DNA of 64,000 nt from Octopus vulgaris. Lineage: Eukaryota. The DNA lies in the NCBI GenBank assembly GCA_951406725.2, contig OX597824.1, forward strand, positions 35,712,001-35,776,000. Direction: 5' to 3'. The translations under genes and the position numbers were made by a program. The first letter of the stretch is position 1. Each line of letters begins with the position of its first letter. A model generated the notes under the pieces. The model was not told the origin of the DNA. It was given only the letters and a program-made list of their open reading frames with translations, and did not search any database. This document shows positions 40,853-53,025 of the stretch, piece by piece.

Positions 40853-40888
<36 letters not shown>

Positions 40889-40979
40889 CATACATACATA
40901 CATACATATATACATACATATATACATACATACACACACACACAGACATACACACACACACATACACACGAGCTGGTAT

Positions 40980-41211
40980 AGGCGGCGAGCTGGCAGAAAC
41001 GTTAGCACGCCGAGCGAAATGCGTAGCCGTATTTCGTCTGTCGTTACGTTCCGAGTTCAAATTCCGCCGAGGTCGACTTTGCTTTTCATCCTCTCGGGGT
41101 CGATAAATTAAGTACCAGTTACACACTGGGGTCGATATAATCGACTTAATCCGTTTGTCTGTCCTTGTTTGTCCCCTCTGTGTTTAGCCCCTTGTGGGTA
41201 GTAAAGAAATA
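40980..41211 (+). mobile_element. SINE family A monomer
   Basis: Near-consensus copy. Confidence 0.92.
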
Positions 41212-41837
41212 TATATATATAAATGTATATATACATAGACGTAGGTGCATACATATATACATGCTCGCAGACGTGTGTTACAAAAGTTGTGACAGTGACT
41301 TCGAAGTCAGTGTCCGCCTCTATTATGTAAAACTATAAAAAAAATTACTCATTAAAAATGTATTGAGTACTTGATCATTTCAATGTAAAATTGCTTATAT
41401 TATTACTCGACAACAGGCGTGTGTGTGTGCATGTATGTGTGTGCGCGTGCGTGTATGTATTTACGCACCTACATTTTTTCAACTGATACGCTTCCTTCCT
41501 AAGTACCCCCACCCCCACACATACTCCCATTATGGAAACCTATCAAGTTATAAACTTGAATGCTACACAAGTAAAGTATCACTGAAGAATAATGCTTGAA
41601 TGTATATCTGTGTAGAGGCAGAAGCATGTATGTGTGTGCATCTTGGACATGTGTGTGGTGAGGAGGGAGAAGTATGCATGTGCGCGCGCATGTGTATTAC
41701 TGTGTACGTGCGTTTGTAATATAACACGTTATTGCTAAGAAGAGGAAAACGAATATGAAGTATACCAAATAACCGAAAAGATGGAGTAGACAAGGTATCC
41801 CGTTAAGGAGATAATAATAATAATGATAATGATGATG

Positions 41838-41934
<97 letters not shown>

Positions 41935-41936
41935 TA

Positions 41937-42460
41937 TAACAATGCTTGTCCATTGGACGCTTTGCAACGAGTAGGAGAAAAAAATTAGTACGACCACAAA
42001 CCCGAAGGCATCATCGAAAATGATAATGCAAAGATCCTGTGGAGTTTTATGATTCAGTGCAACCATGAGATAGAAAATAGGAAGCCATACATAATCTTAA
42101 TTGAGAAAGAAAGTAAACTATGCTGGATCATAGATATAGCATGCCCAGCTGACAAGGTATGCGATAAGGAAGAAAGAAAAGTCGATAGGCATGATAGGTT
42201 AGCTTGGGAGGTAAAGCAGTTGTGGTCGAGGAAAAAGGTGGTAGTAGTATCAATAATTGTCGGAGCTCTAGAAACAGATAGTAAAAATCTCGAGAAGTAC
42301 ATGGAACAAATAGAAGCTGCAATAAGTGTGGCACACTTACAGAAAACAGTACTGCTTGGAACCTCTCGAATACGGAAGGTGCTCGAAAAATAAGAGGTTC
42401 ACAGGTAGTGAACAGCTGACACCGTAGTACATCTCCAGCGTTAGAAGCTGTGCAAAGGCA
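41937..42460 (+). mobile_element. 5'-truncated Dong/R4-clade LINE (REL endonuclease) inserted in (TAA)n
   Basis: YDHKPEGIIENDNAKILW.FMIQCNHEIENRKPYIILI..IIDIACP..EERKVDR..IIVGAL..LQKTVLLGTSRIRKVLEK*; (TAA)n at 41812-41932 and TAA-rich 3' flank. Confidence 0.9.
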
Positions 42461-42603
42461 ATAATAAAAATAATAATCATATTAATGATGATGATGATGA
42501 TGATGATGATGGTGATGATTTCTTTTATGACATATTCCTATGTGCATGTATGTATGTATGTATGCATGTATGTGTATACTTTTATATATATATACATATA
42601 TAC

Positions 42604-42672
<69 letters not shown>

Positions 42673-42687
42673 TGTGTGTGTGTGTGT

Positions 42688-42876
42688 GTGACCGCGTGTG
42701 TACCGTTGGCGATTTTTTTCCTCTGTCTTCCCTTCTGGATCTTTCCTTCTCCTATGTTTCCGACGAAGATCTCCGCTCGAAACGTTAAACCCTCCTTCGT
42801 TCCTGAGCGTCCAATAATACTATATCTGTTTCACGTCCTCGCGTTGTTGTGTTTTTTTGTGCTTTCATGTTTGGAT

Positions 42877-42880
<4 letters not shown>
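42688..42880 (+). mobile_element. Mini-PLE with hammerhead-like motif
   Basis: gttt-CCGACGA(42760)-A-GATC tcc GCTC-GAAA-CG-TT-aaac; 3' end joins (TA)n. Confidence 0.75.
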
Positions 42881-42939
<59 letters not shown>

Positions 42940-42961
42940 CATACATACATACATACATACA

Positions 42962-42994
<33 letters not shown>

Positions 42995-43357
42995 TTATAT
43001 GTATATGAGTGTGTTTCTGTGTGTTTGTAAGTACCAGCGTATGTATGTATGTACGTATCTATATATGTACGTATGTATGTACGTATGCATATATGTATGT
43101 ATGTATGTATGTATGAAAGAAATAACATCCGATCTCAATCAAAACTGCTTGACATCACAAAACTGTTTGACTTCTAGATGCTAACAAGTGCTCTCTCATT
43201 CGTTCTTTCTCCCATTTTGACTCCCTTTCTCTCCCTTTATTTCTTCCCTTATACTTCTTTGACCCCCTCTCGTCGCTCTCACTCACTCTCTCTCTCTCAT
43301 ATATGTGTATGTATGAGAGTGTGTGCATATTTGTGTGTTCGTGTAGAATATATACAT

Positions 43358-43388
<31 letters not shown>

Positions 43389-43456
43389 AATACATAAACG
43401 TATATATATATGCATATATATATATACATATATATATATAGATATACAAATATATG

Positions 43457-43519
<63 letters not shown>

Positions 43520-43524
<5 letters not shown>

Positions 43525-43706
43525 ATCCAAACAAGAAAGCACAAAAAACACAAACACGCGAGGACGTGGAACAAATATAATATTATTGGACGCTCAGGAA
43601 AGAAGGAATGAAGGAGGGATTAACGTTTCGAGCGGAGCTCTTCGTCGGAAACATAGGAGAAGGAAAGAACCAGAGAAAAAAAGATCCAGAGGAAAAAAAA
43701 TCGCCG
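43520..43706 (-). mobile_element. Mini-PLE with hammerhead-like motif (inverted partner of 42688)
   Basis: CCGACGA(43648)-A-GAGC tcc GCTC-GAAA-CG-TT; 3' end joins (TA)n. Confidence 0.75.
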
Positions 43707-44026
43707 TATACATATATGTATACACACACACATATGTATATACATACATATATGCCATCCATATGTATGAATATAAAAAAAGGCTAAATAATAGGTTTAT
43801 ACATTTACTCGTACATTATAGACTTACATCTGTTTCAGATATTTATTTATTATGCTTTAATGGTTCAATTTAATCAATCGATCGATTGATCGATTAAAAG
43901 TATAGTGAACAGCCGTCGCAATGCTATCCTTATCAGAGTCCAACACATCGACTTGTATGTATAATTATATATATATATAGTATCAGAAGTGGAGGAATTT
44001 CAATTATCCCCACGTGGTGAGTTGTA

Positions 44027-44310
44027 ATATATATAAGAAATTAAAGAAGGAAAACGCACACAACGTAGTTTTAATATAAATTTAGGTATATTTTACATTG
44101 TGTTTGTCGACCTGTTTTACTTTCGCTTTCATTTATTCATAAAGTCCACACACAATATAGACAGAACATTTTTCTTAAGAAAATACGTATTTAAATAAGT
44201 TTTAATGTCATGATTAGCGAAAGCGAAACCGGTCGGCAAACAATAAGATATATTAAAAATTATATTAAAACTATGTAAAGTGTGTGCATTTTCTTTCATT
44301 TCTTATATAT
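44027..44310. mobile_element. Fold-back element with a hammerhead-like motif on each arm
   Basis: Arms ~44027-44132 and ~44206-44310; + strand tgtc-ATGATTA-GCgaaaGC-GAAA-CCGG-TC-ggca; (TA)n flanks. Confidence 0.65.
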
Positions 44311-45299
44311 ATATATATATATATATATGCCGGTATGCATGGGCGACTACTGGTCTTCCATAAACAACCTTGCCCGGATATGTGCCTGGGAGGGTAACTT
44401 TCTAGGTGCAATCCCACGGTTAGTCATGGCCGAAGGGAATCTCAACTTGTTCTGTATATAAGAATTCTGTCATTGAACTTACAGCATGTAATTGCGGCGG
44501 CGGCTGTTTTTGCTGCTGCTGCTGCTGCTATTGTTGTTGTTCATGATGCGTATCCCCTAAATCAGTAAACTTTCAATCAAAACTGGTTCAGTGACGAGCA
44601 TCATCCCTTTCAAACGAGTAAGTTATCTAGATAGCTAATTAGTTACTCATTTTTGACCCAATAGAATATACAGAAACAATTTTAAATTTTTAACTATACT
44701 TTAATGTCAGCTAAAACGCCGAGATGCGGCGATTTTGGTTAGTGTAGATTTTTATATTCTTCAAATTTATATGAGACCCCATAAGAGTTAAATTACAGAC
44801 CGTATCCTGAAATGAATGGTAATATTTTACGATTTCTGTAAGCGCGAAATCCCGTAACCTAAGGTGCCAATAAGGCGGGGGTGGAGTCTGTTTATGTGTG
44901 TACGCATGTATTTGTGTATCTGTGAGTAATTCGACTCATTTTTAGACATATCTTAGCATAGATGCAAATATACAGATATGCGCACATATGTTTGTGCGTA
45001 TGTGTGCGCGCGCTCGCGTGTATGTCGCGTGTGTGCGGGTGCGTATGTGTATAATTACATATACAAATACGCACATATAAATACATACACAGCTAATATT
45101 AGACATTTTTTTTCATGACATTTAAATCCTATCCAATTTCAAATCTGTACTCGGCTCGATTCAATATTGCCCGGTGACTGAGTGCTTTAATTAACATTTG
45201 AACCGAATACTGGAAGTATCCCTGAGAAAAGCCGGCAAATTTTCTTATAAACACACTTCAGAGCCTAATGAGATGATGTATAATTAGATGATAGATATG

Positions 45300-45527
45300 A
45301 AGGCGGCGAGCTGGCAGAAACGTTACCACGCCGGGCGAAATGCATAGCCGTATTTCGTCTGCCGTTACGTTCTGAGTTCAAATTCCGCCGAGATCGACTT
45401 TGCCTTTGATCCTTTCGGGATCGATAAATTAAGTACCACTGGGGTCGATGTAATCGAGTTAATCCGTTTGTCTGTCCTTGTTTGTCCCCTCTGTGTGTAG
45501 CCCCTTGTGGGTAGTAAAGAAACAGAT
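45300..45527 (+). mobile_element. SINE family A monomer
   Basis: Near-consensus copy. Confidence 0.9.
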
Positions 45528-45791
45528 ATGATAGAAGGATGGCTTGATTTCTTTTATTATTTGATACCTTGATGCTTTTCTCGTTAATTTCTTATTCCAT
45601 TCATCTCAAATCTTAAGACATTGGACTTGGAATTTATGCTGCTGGGGCTTTTAAGAAACAGTTGAGATTTTAACAAATTCTTTACATTTTTCTATTTCTC
45701 TCTTCAAGACAAAGCAAGACGTGAGAACATGTCTCTATAATACAACACTCCACCTTAGACAGAATAACATTTTAGTTTATTGGAATATAAC

Positions 45792-45831
<40 letters not shown>

Positions 45832-47010
45832 TGGTAGTAGTAGTGGTAGTGGTAGTAGTAGTAGTAGTACTGATAGTGGTAGTGGTAGTAGTAGTAGTAG
45901 TAGTAGTAGTGGAGGTGGTGATCGTGGTGGTCGTCGTCGTCGTGATGGCGGTGGCGATTGGTAATTACTAAGTGTGTCATATATTATACACCTGTGTACC
46001 TGCAGGTCTTCAAGTATAATGTGTGACACACTCAGCAATTGCCAGCTGATACCAGCTTGTACTAATGCACAGAAACAGTTGTAGAGATTTGGACCAAAGC
46101 CCGTTCAATCCATCTTCTTGTATTATAATGTGTATGTGTGAGAGTGTGTTTTAAGCGAAAGAACGTGAAAAAATCTTCAAAGATAGTTCACTATACCATG
46201 AAAATGTGTCAACCTACTCTTAAATACAATTCCTTTCGCCTAAAATAATTATCAAAACATTTCTTGGGTTTGAAACCCTCAAGACAGCCGAATTTCTTTC
46301 TTTTTTTTTTTGTCATCAAGGACAATGTAATTTACCCTCATCCGTTGAAGAGGGATGGTTGACATTGAATGGAGATGACAGAACACATGAACACAAAAGC
46401 AAACACACCGGTATACGGAAATACACACATAAAAATCACATATTTACACACACAAGGTTTTTTGTGGTAACCACTAGTGACATTTTTACTTTATCTTCGG
46501 AGGTGGGGGACTACAGTAGCAAATGTGCGCGTGTGTGTGTTAAGGTGCACAATAGCAGATGTGTACATTCTGAAAGGTTACATACTATTAAAAAAAAATA
46601 ATAAATAAATATTTACCAAGTATTGAAGAGGAAAACGTTCTGGAGGTGCAAACTTGATTCTGTTGATGACAACATGAAGTATTGAAGAACGGCAAATGTC
46701 CGAAACGTGAAGCACCAAATGATCGAGCTTTTGACCGTGGTTTGATTTAATCAAGGTCAACTTAATGCTACATGACAAGGGTCCGCAGAATTTCCCTGAG
46801 AAGTACTTTAAGAATACGGGTGTTTATGGTGGCACTCAGTCACTTGCACGTTGATTTCACGGGCAGACTGTTACGTTGATTAACTGGAACCTTCGTTGTC
46901 GTCATTGACGAAGTGTAAATATATGCATATATGCATATATATACATATAGATATATACATACATACACACACATATATAGTTCAAATGTACAAAGTGTGT
47001 GTGTGTGTAC

Positions 47011-47062
<52 letters not shown>

Positions 47063-47069
47063 TCAAAAT

Positions 47070-47262
47070 GTGACCGCCTGTGTACCGTTGGCGATTTTTT
47101 TCTTCTGTCTTCCCTTCTCTGGATCTTTCCTTCTCCTATGTTTCCGACGAAGACCTCCGCTCGAAACGTTAAACCCTCCTTCTTCCTTTCCTTCCTGAGC
47201 GTCCAATAATACTATATTTGTTCCACGTCCTCGCGTTGTTGTGTTTTCATGTTTGGATTAAC
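47070..47262 (+). mobile_element. Mini-PLE with hammerhead-like motif
   Basis: Same 5' start tgaccgc.tgtgtaccgttggcg as the 42688 copy; motif at 47140-47174. Confidence 0.75.
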
Positions 47263-47282
47263 TTTACACACACACACACACG

Positions 47283-47336
<54 letters not shown>

Positions 47337-47381
47337 TATATACATATATATATATATGAATATATACATATATATATATGA

Positions 47382-47452
<71 letters not shown>

Positions 47453-47561
47453 GGAGTTGAATCTAACAACTGTACCCTAACACTTTTCGTAACTTGTCCC
47501 TGCTATCTACCCTCAACCGTTACCTTTACAAAGGTAAAGAAATCCCCTTCACCACCACCAT

Positions 47562-47627
<66 letters not shown>

Positions 47628-48012
47628 CACCACCACCACCACCACTACCACCATCTTCCACCACCACTACTACTACTCTGAAGAGCTTGTAAATTCCGAA
47701 CCAAATACTTGATAGCATTTAATTTCATTGCTGTAAGTTCGGAGTTCAAATCCTTACGAGATCAATTTTCCTGATTCACTGAAATAAATACCATTAATAT
47801 ACTAGTAAGCCATTTAATCGATTCTCACCCTCTTCTACAAATTTGCGTTTTGTGTCTCAGTTTCAAGTCTTTAATCCTGCTTCAAATTCCATATAAAATG
47901 TTAACCATTTTTTTTTTGTTTTTGTTTTCTTCCTTTTCCTGTTCTTTTATTTAAACAACAATACATCACTTTTAAACTTCTAAATATTACTTTTTTTCTT
48001 TTATCCTTTCAG

Positions 48013-48023
48013 GTTTTCCTTAT
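48013..48023 (+). other. Candidate 11-nt microexon GTTTTCCTTAT
   Basis: tttcag acceptor after ~140 nt with no AG; donor GTAAGT at 48024-48029. Confidence 0.4.
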
Positions 48024-48561
48024 GTAAGTAGAAACATCTTTTCACCTTTATGCATACCACATAATTATCTCTACTTCAAATTTTATTTCTTTCCGGACTC
48101 AACGCAGAAAATACAATTCGAACATTAACCTTTAACACACTGACTTTTCTCTAGGTTTGTTTCCCCTTCCACTGCCCCGTTACTACAGGGAAGAAAATTA
48201 ATATGCTGCCATGATGCACCTACAGTGTGGTAAAGGTTAAGTTGGGCGGTGGATTAGAGGTTATTAACTTTGTGAATTCACTCGACTAAATTTAAATCGT
48301 GCTACTAATTGTTATTTTATTACTTCTATGGTGTCTCTTATATTCTGGGGTTAATCTATCTTCTTCTTTTTATCTTTGTTTTTTTATTTTTATGCATTTA
48401 CGAGCATTGAGTCTGAGAGAATTACCTTAAGTTTTCATAAACTTTAAAAGGAATATTGTAAATTATGTATAGCCGAATGTGGAGTTTCTATGCTTGTCAG
48501 GTCGTCTGTCTTCAGGTTTATGCATTTCAATTATATATTTTTCATTTATTTTAATTGGGTG

Positions 48562-48753
48562 AAGCATCTATATAGTAACTGGCACTCTATAAGCATCTAT
48601 ATAGTAACTGGCACTCTATAAGCATCTATATAGTAACTGGCACTCTATAAGCATTTATATAGTAACTGGCACTCTATAAGCATCTATATAGTAACTGGCA
48701 CTCTATAAGCATCTATATAGTAACTGGCACTCTATAAGCATCTATATAGTAAC
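48562..48753. repeat. 29-bp minisatellite, ~6.6 copies
   Basis: Unit aagcatctatatagtaactggcactctat; copies almost identical. Confidence 0.95.
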
Positions 48754-49026
48754 CGGTTACATCGAGTATTCCAGTTGATCCAATCAATGGAGCAGCTCAC
48801 TCGCAAAATTAATGTGCGAGTGGTTGAGCACTCCACTGACACGCGTACCTTTAGCGTAGTTCTCAGGGAGAATCTGACACATTTGGCCCTTTGAAATACA
48901 GGTACTACTCATTTATGCCGGCTGAGTGGATTGGAGGAACGTGAAATAGAGTGTCATACTCAAGGACACAACGCGCTACCGGGAATCGAACTCGCGAATA
49001 CGCTTAACCACTAAGCCACGCGCCTT
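48754..49026 (-). mobile_element. SINE family C (tRNA head, Deu/Nin-like central domain)
   Basis: Reverse complement: ggcgcgtggcttagtggttaag A-box, gttcgattcccgg B-box, gtggagtgctcaaccactcgcacattaat domain; fragments also at 46795-46920 and 53812-53928. Confidence 0.7.
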
Positions 49027-49191
49027 CAGCTATATAGTTCTGTAAGATACAATTATGAGATTATAGTGTGGATGCTTAACTTAAACAAAGTGATTTTTCG
49101 ATATGCATTTGTATGTTTCATTATTGTGTGGTTGATTAACTCTTTTGATTGCTAAACTAGGTACCTACTGAAACCTCCAGAACTTCATTCT

Positions 49192-49424
49192 TATTTCTTT
49201 ACTGCCCACAAGGGGCTACACACAGAGGGGACAAACAAGGACAGACAAACGGATTAAGTCGATTACATCGATCCCAGTGCGTAACTGGTACTTAATTTAT
49301 CGACCCCGAAGGGATGAAAGGCAAAGTCGACCTCGGCGGAATTTGAACTCACAACGTAACGACAGACGAAATGCCGCTAAGCATTTCGTCCGGCGTGCTA
49401 ACGTTTCTGCCAGCTCACCGCCTT
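49192..49424 (-). mobile_element. SINE family A monomer
   Basis: 16-bp TSD tccagaacttcattct at 49176-49191 and 49425-49440. Confidence 0.93.
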
Positions 49425-49675
49425 TCCAGAACTTCATTCTGCTGGATCTACGTTGCTTTTATATCCCTTTTATATAACTTTTATATTATTTGCATTGATA
49501 AATTGAGTGAATCCTCATATACATGCATGGGGAAAAGTTTTGATGTAAAGTTATGGTATTCACGTTGCGCTTCACTTAATTCTCAATCTAGTATTGATGT
49601 TCGAAAGAATAGTGAGCTTGTCAACCCATCGGGCTCCTTGAGTATTGCTTGAAGTTTCCATTTAGTCAGACTCAT

Positions 49676-50296
49676 GGATCTTTTCCTTTTGAACGGCAGA
49701 TGTCAACACACTTTCTAGTTAACTAAACACTTTTAAACTTCGTATACTGGTAAAATGTGTTTATAAAACATCATTTTCTCTTGGTTTTATTAAGAAAATT
49801 CTATAGTTTGTAAGATATTTCGTCTGAAAATTCGAGCATTTCGGCAATTTTAACCAATCGATTACCTCCATTCAACTAAAATCATTTGCTGTGTCTAAAA
49901 CTGAGACAACATCCTGTAACTAACCCTAAACCTCCCCCCTAACCCAAACCCTAAATCTTTTTTCTTAATTGTTAAATTAATTTAATTCCATTGCTTTAGT
50001 TTTACACGCGTAACAATTAAATTAATTTAACAATTAAGAAAAAAAATTAGGGTTAGGGTTAGGGTTAGGGGGAGGTTTAAGGTTAGTTACAAGATGTTGT
50101 CTCAGTTTTAGACGCAGCAAATGATTTTAGCTCAAAAGAGAGCATAGGATTGGTTGAAATTCGAAAAATTAAACTACGTTAAACAAACAAATTACAATTT
50201 TCTCAAGAAAGCCAAGAGAAAAAAATGTTTTATTTTGACAGATTCTACCAGTATACGGAGTTTAGAAATTGTCTGCCGTTCAAAAGGAAAAGATCT
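49676..50296. mobile_element. Fold-back MITE (Merlin-like) with internal telomere-like repeats
   Basis: Termini ggatcttttccttttgaacggcaga / tctgccgttcaaaaggaaaagatct; perfect 8-bp TSD agactcat at 49668-49675 and 50297-50304; arms ~290-310 bp; (TTAGGG)n at 50048-50069. Confidence 0.88.
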
Positions 50297-50930
50297 AGAC
50301 TCATTAATAAGAAAAATAGTTGTTTATTTCCAGGTGAACGCTTAACGATCCCTCAGAACCCTTCTATTTAGGATCATTTAGTCTTTCGTGGATATCTAAG
50401 ATTGCATTATCTAATGTATCATTTCCTGCCTTTAAACGATGATAGAGTTATTGAAGGGAGACTTAGCTGCTATTTCCAATTGTCGGCTCGCAAGAAAATT
50501 AATATTATCAAAGAACCTTCATAAAAATCTGTCCGATTATGCTTTTATCCGTCACCTATATATTGGAAGAGTACCAGCTATAATATTGAAAAAGATTCCA
50601 TGAGGTTACTCCTCGTTCGTCAGAAAGTTACTGTGGTGTATGCGAGAGATAAGTTTGGTACATACTAATGAAGTCTTGAAGTACTTCCTCATCCAATTTA
50701 CATGCCATGCTTCGCAGGGATGACAAGTCAAAGAGTTGCTCTGTGAGTTGCAGGAGACAGTTTTCTTTAGAGCCTGATAAGCCTTCCATGCCATCTTCAC
50801 CACCATACTCCTTCTCTTCGCTCAGATGGAGACCCTTCAGCGGTAATGGATCCTTCAACACAGCCCGACTCGAACGCTAGAAATAGCAGCTGCTTCTCCC
50901 AACCTTAAAAATATGCTGACACCGTCTTAC

Positions 50931-51030
50931 CCGCTCGGCGACCTGCCTCGAAAAAGGCAGAATGCTGCCCTCGCTGCGCGCGCGTCACTGCTGCCCCTTC
51001 CGGTCAGCTCCCCAGTTGCTGACATCATCC
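50931..51030 (-). promoter_or_regulatory. GC/CpG-rich candidate promoter or first exon
   Basis: CCGGAAG (ETS-like) and GCGCGCGC motifs; donor CGG|GTAAGA at 50931/50930. Confidence 0.3.
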
Positions 51031-51914
51031 CACAGTTACCTTCTGTTTCATAAATAAATCGATTTTCTTTTTTCCGTCCAAACCTATATATGTATATTTG
51101 TCTCAAATTCCATATAAACTGCGTTGGCATAAATCATTTTAGAATAGCGATTCATTCGGGTAAAACTAAGTTATTTTACCTGTTAGCATCAATCCAACCA
51201 GAACACCTTCTTAGGGGATTCAATATATTCACATTCACATAGTTTGCGTCTGTTAAAATATTTTACTAAATCACACCTATAGTTTCCATAGCAATATGTT
51301 GGTGAGGAATGAATATCTCGTCGGACATAGCGCGAGTTTATGGCAATATAATCTAACCAGGATGTGTCTAGTACACACACCCACAGCTACGTGAACGGAA
51401 GCAACAAAGAATTAAGTGTCCTGCCAGAAACTGAACAGCAGATTTGATATCACAACCTAAGTGCCAGCAGGTTGAATAACTTTTCCATTTGTCTATAATC
51501 TCACTTAAAATGGCCGACCCAGAAGCCCACCTACCTAAAACTTATCTATTTGTTGGAAATCCTCCAAACTCTTTAAAACAAAATAGAATTACATCAGTTA
51601 AACATAGAATAAATTTGTACAAAAACGAATGAGAAAAAAAAAAGTCAAAGAATAAAAGACGGTAAAAAGTCTATGAAGGCACCCTGTATTGATATTTCCT
51701 TGGTGGACCGGTTGCAAGGCTAAAAAAACACATTTTCAGTTTCGTCTTTCTGATTTGGTCAGGAAAACAAAAGAAGTGTTCAACTCCACCTTATCGCTTT
51801 TCTTTTTAATGTTTATTGTTTTTTCCTCTTGCACATCCTGTTTAGTTGGTATTCATCCCTTTTAGCAAATCTAGATTTCCTGGTGGTTAAACGGAAATAC
51901 TGCTGCACCCGGAT

Positions 51915-52258
<344 letters not shown>

Positions 52259-52880
52259 ACCATCATCCCCATCATCACCATCCTCATCATTATCATCATC
52301 ATTGTCGTCATCGTCGTCGTCATTATCATCGTCGCACTTATCTATATGAGCTGCGACAACATCTCTATTTCTCAACGCCTTTCCATCACCTTGCACCCAC
52401 TCACATCCCTATTGTTATATACATTCCCACCTACATGAAAAACCCTCTCACATATGTCTTACACATATTCAAACATTCATGTGTGTATATATACATTAAC
52501 ATATTTAGGAAATGTATCGTTATTATGTCAAATACCTTTCGGGTTTGGCGTTGTTTTCTTTTCTTCAAGCACACAATTTTATAAAATAGACTTTATTCCA
52601 ATTCAATGTGTATTTAACGAGATGTGCATTGCGACCGAGATTAACTGAGAGTTTACAGTAAAAATCTCAGTGGTCAACGTACGTACATACATACATACAT
52701 ATATTTTACTTAAACAAGAATATTAATGACTGTGACTTCGAAGCTTCGGCCAGCTAAGCTATTGTCAGTTATATATTAACTATTTCATTTTTTTTAATTT
52801 TTAAATAGTTAATAACTTATTTAAAAATCTTTTTCTAATTATTGTAACTGTATCAAGTAACTTTTACAAAAGGTTTTAAT

Positions 52881-52916
<36 letters not shown>

Positions 52917-53025
52917 TACACATATATATATATATATATATACGCAGTCACACGCACATACACACACACACGGTACGCGCGCGCATGTACATGCGATCAT
53001 ATATATTGTCTAATATACTTTATAT

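Noticed and set aside
40980-41070. tRNA genes suggested by A/B boxes
   Set aside because: These are SINE heads with no complete cloverleaf, and they continue into SINE bodies.
44330-44442. Possible HDV-like ribozyme
   Set aside because: The nested double pseudoknot could not be built; the two hairpins fit an RTE-related 3' tail better.
46682-46709. TTGAAGA..CCGAAACGT hammerhead-like string
   Set aside because: Core and stem II are mismatched, there is no stem I and no PLE context; could be chance.
48562-48753. CRISPR-like 29-bp repeat
   Set aside because: Units are contiguous with no unique spacers, there are no cas genes, and the context is eukaryotic.
49277-49477. Recurrent ORF MRNWYLIYRPR...QSRPRRNLN (also at 55557, 57146, 40830)
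   Set aside because: Antisense translation of SINE family A.
50048-50069. True telomere or chromosome fusion site
   Set aside because: Only 3-4 repeats, symmetric inside a TSD-bounded transposon.
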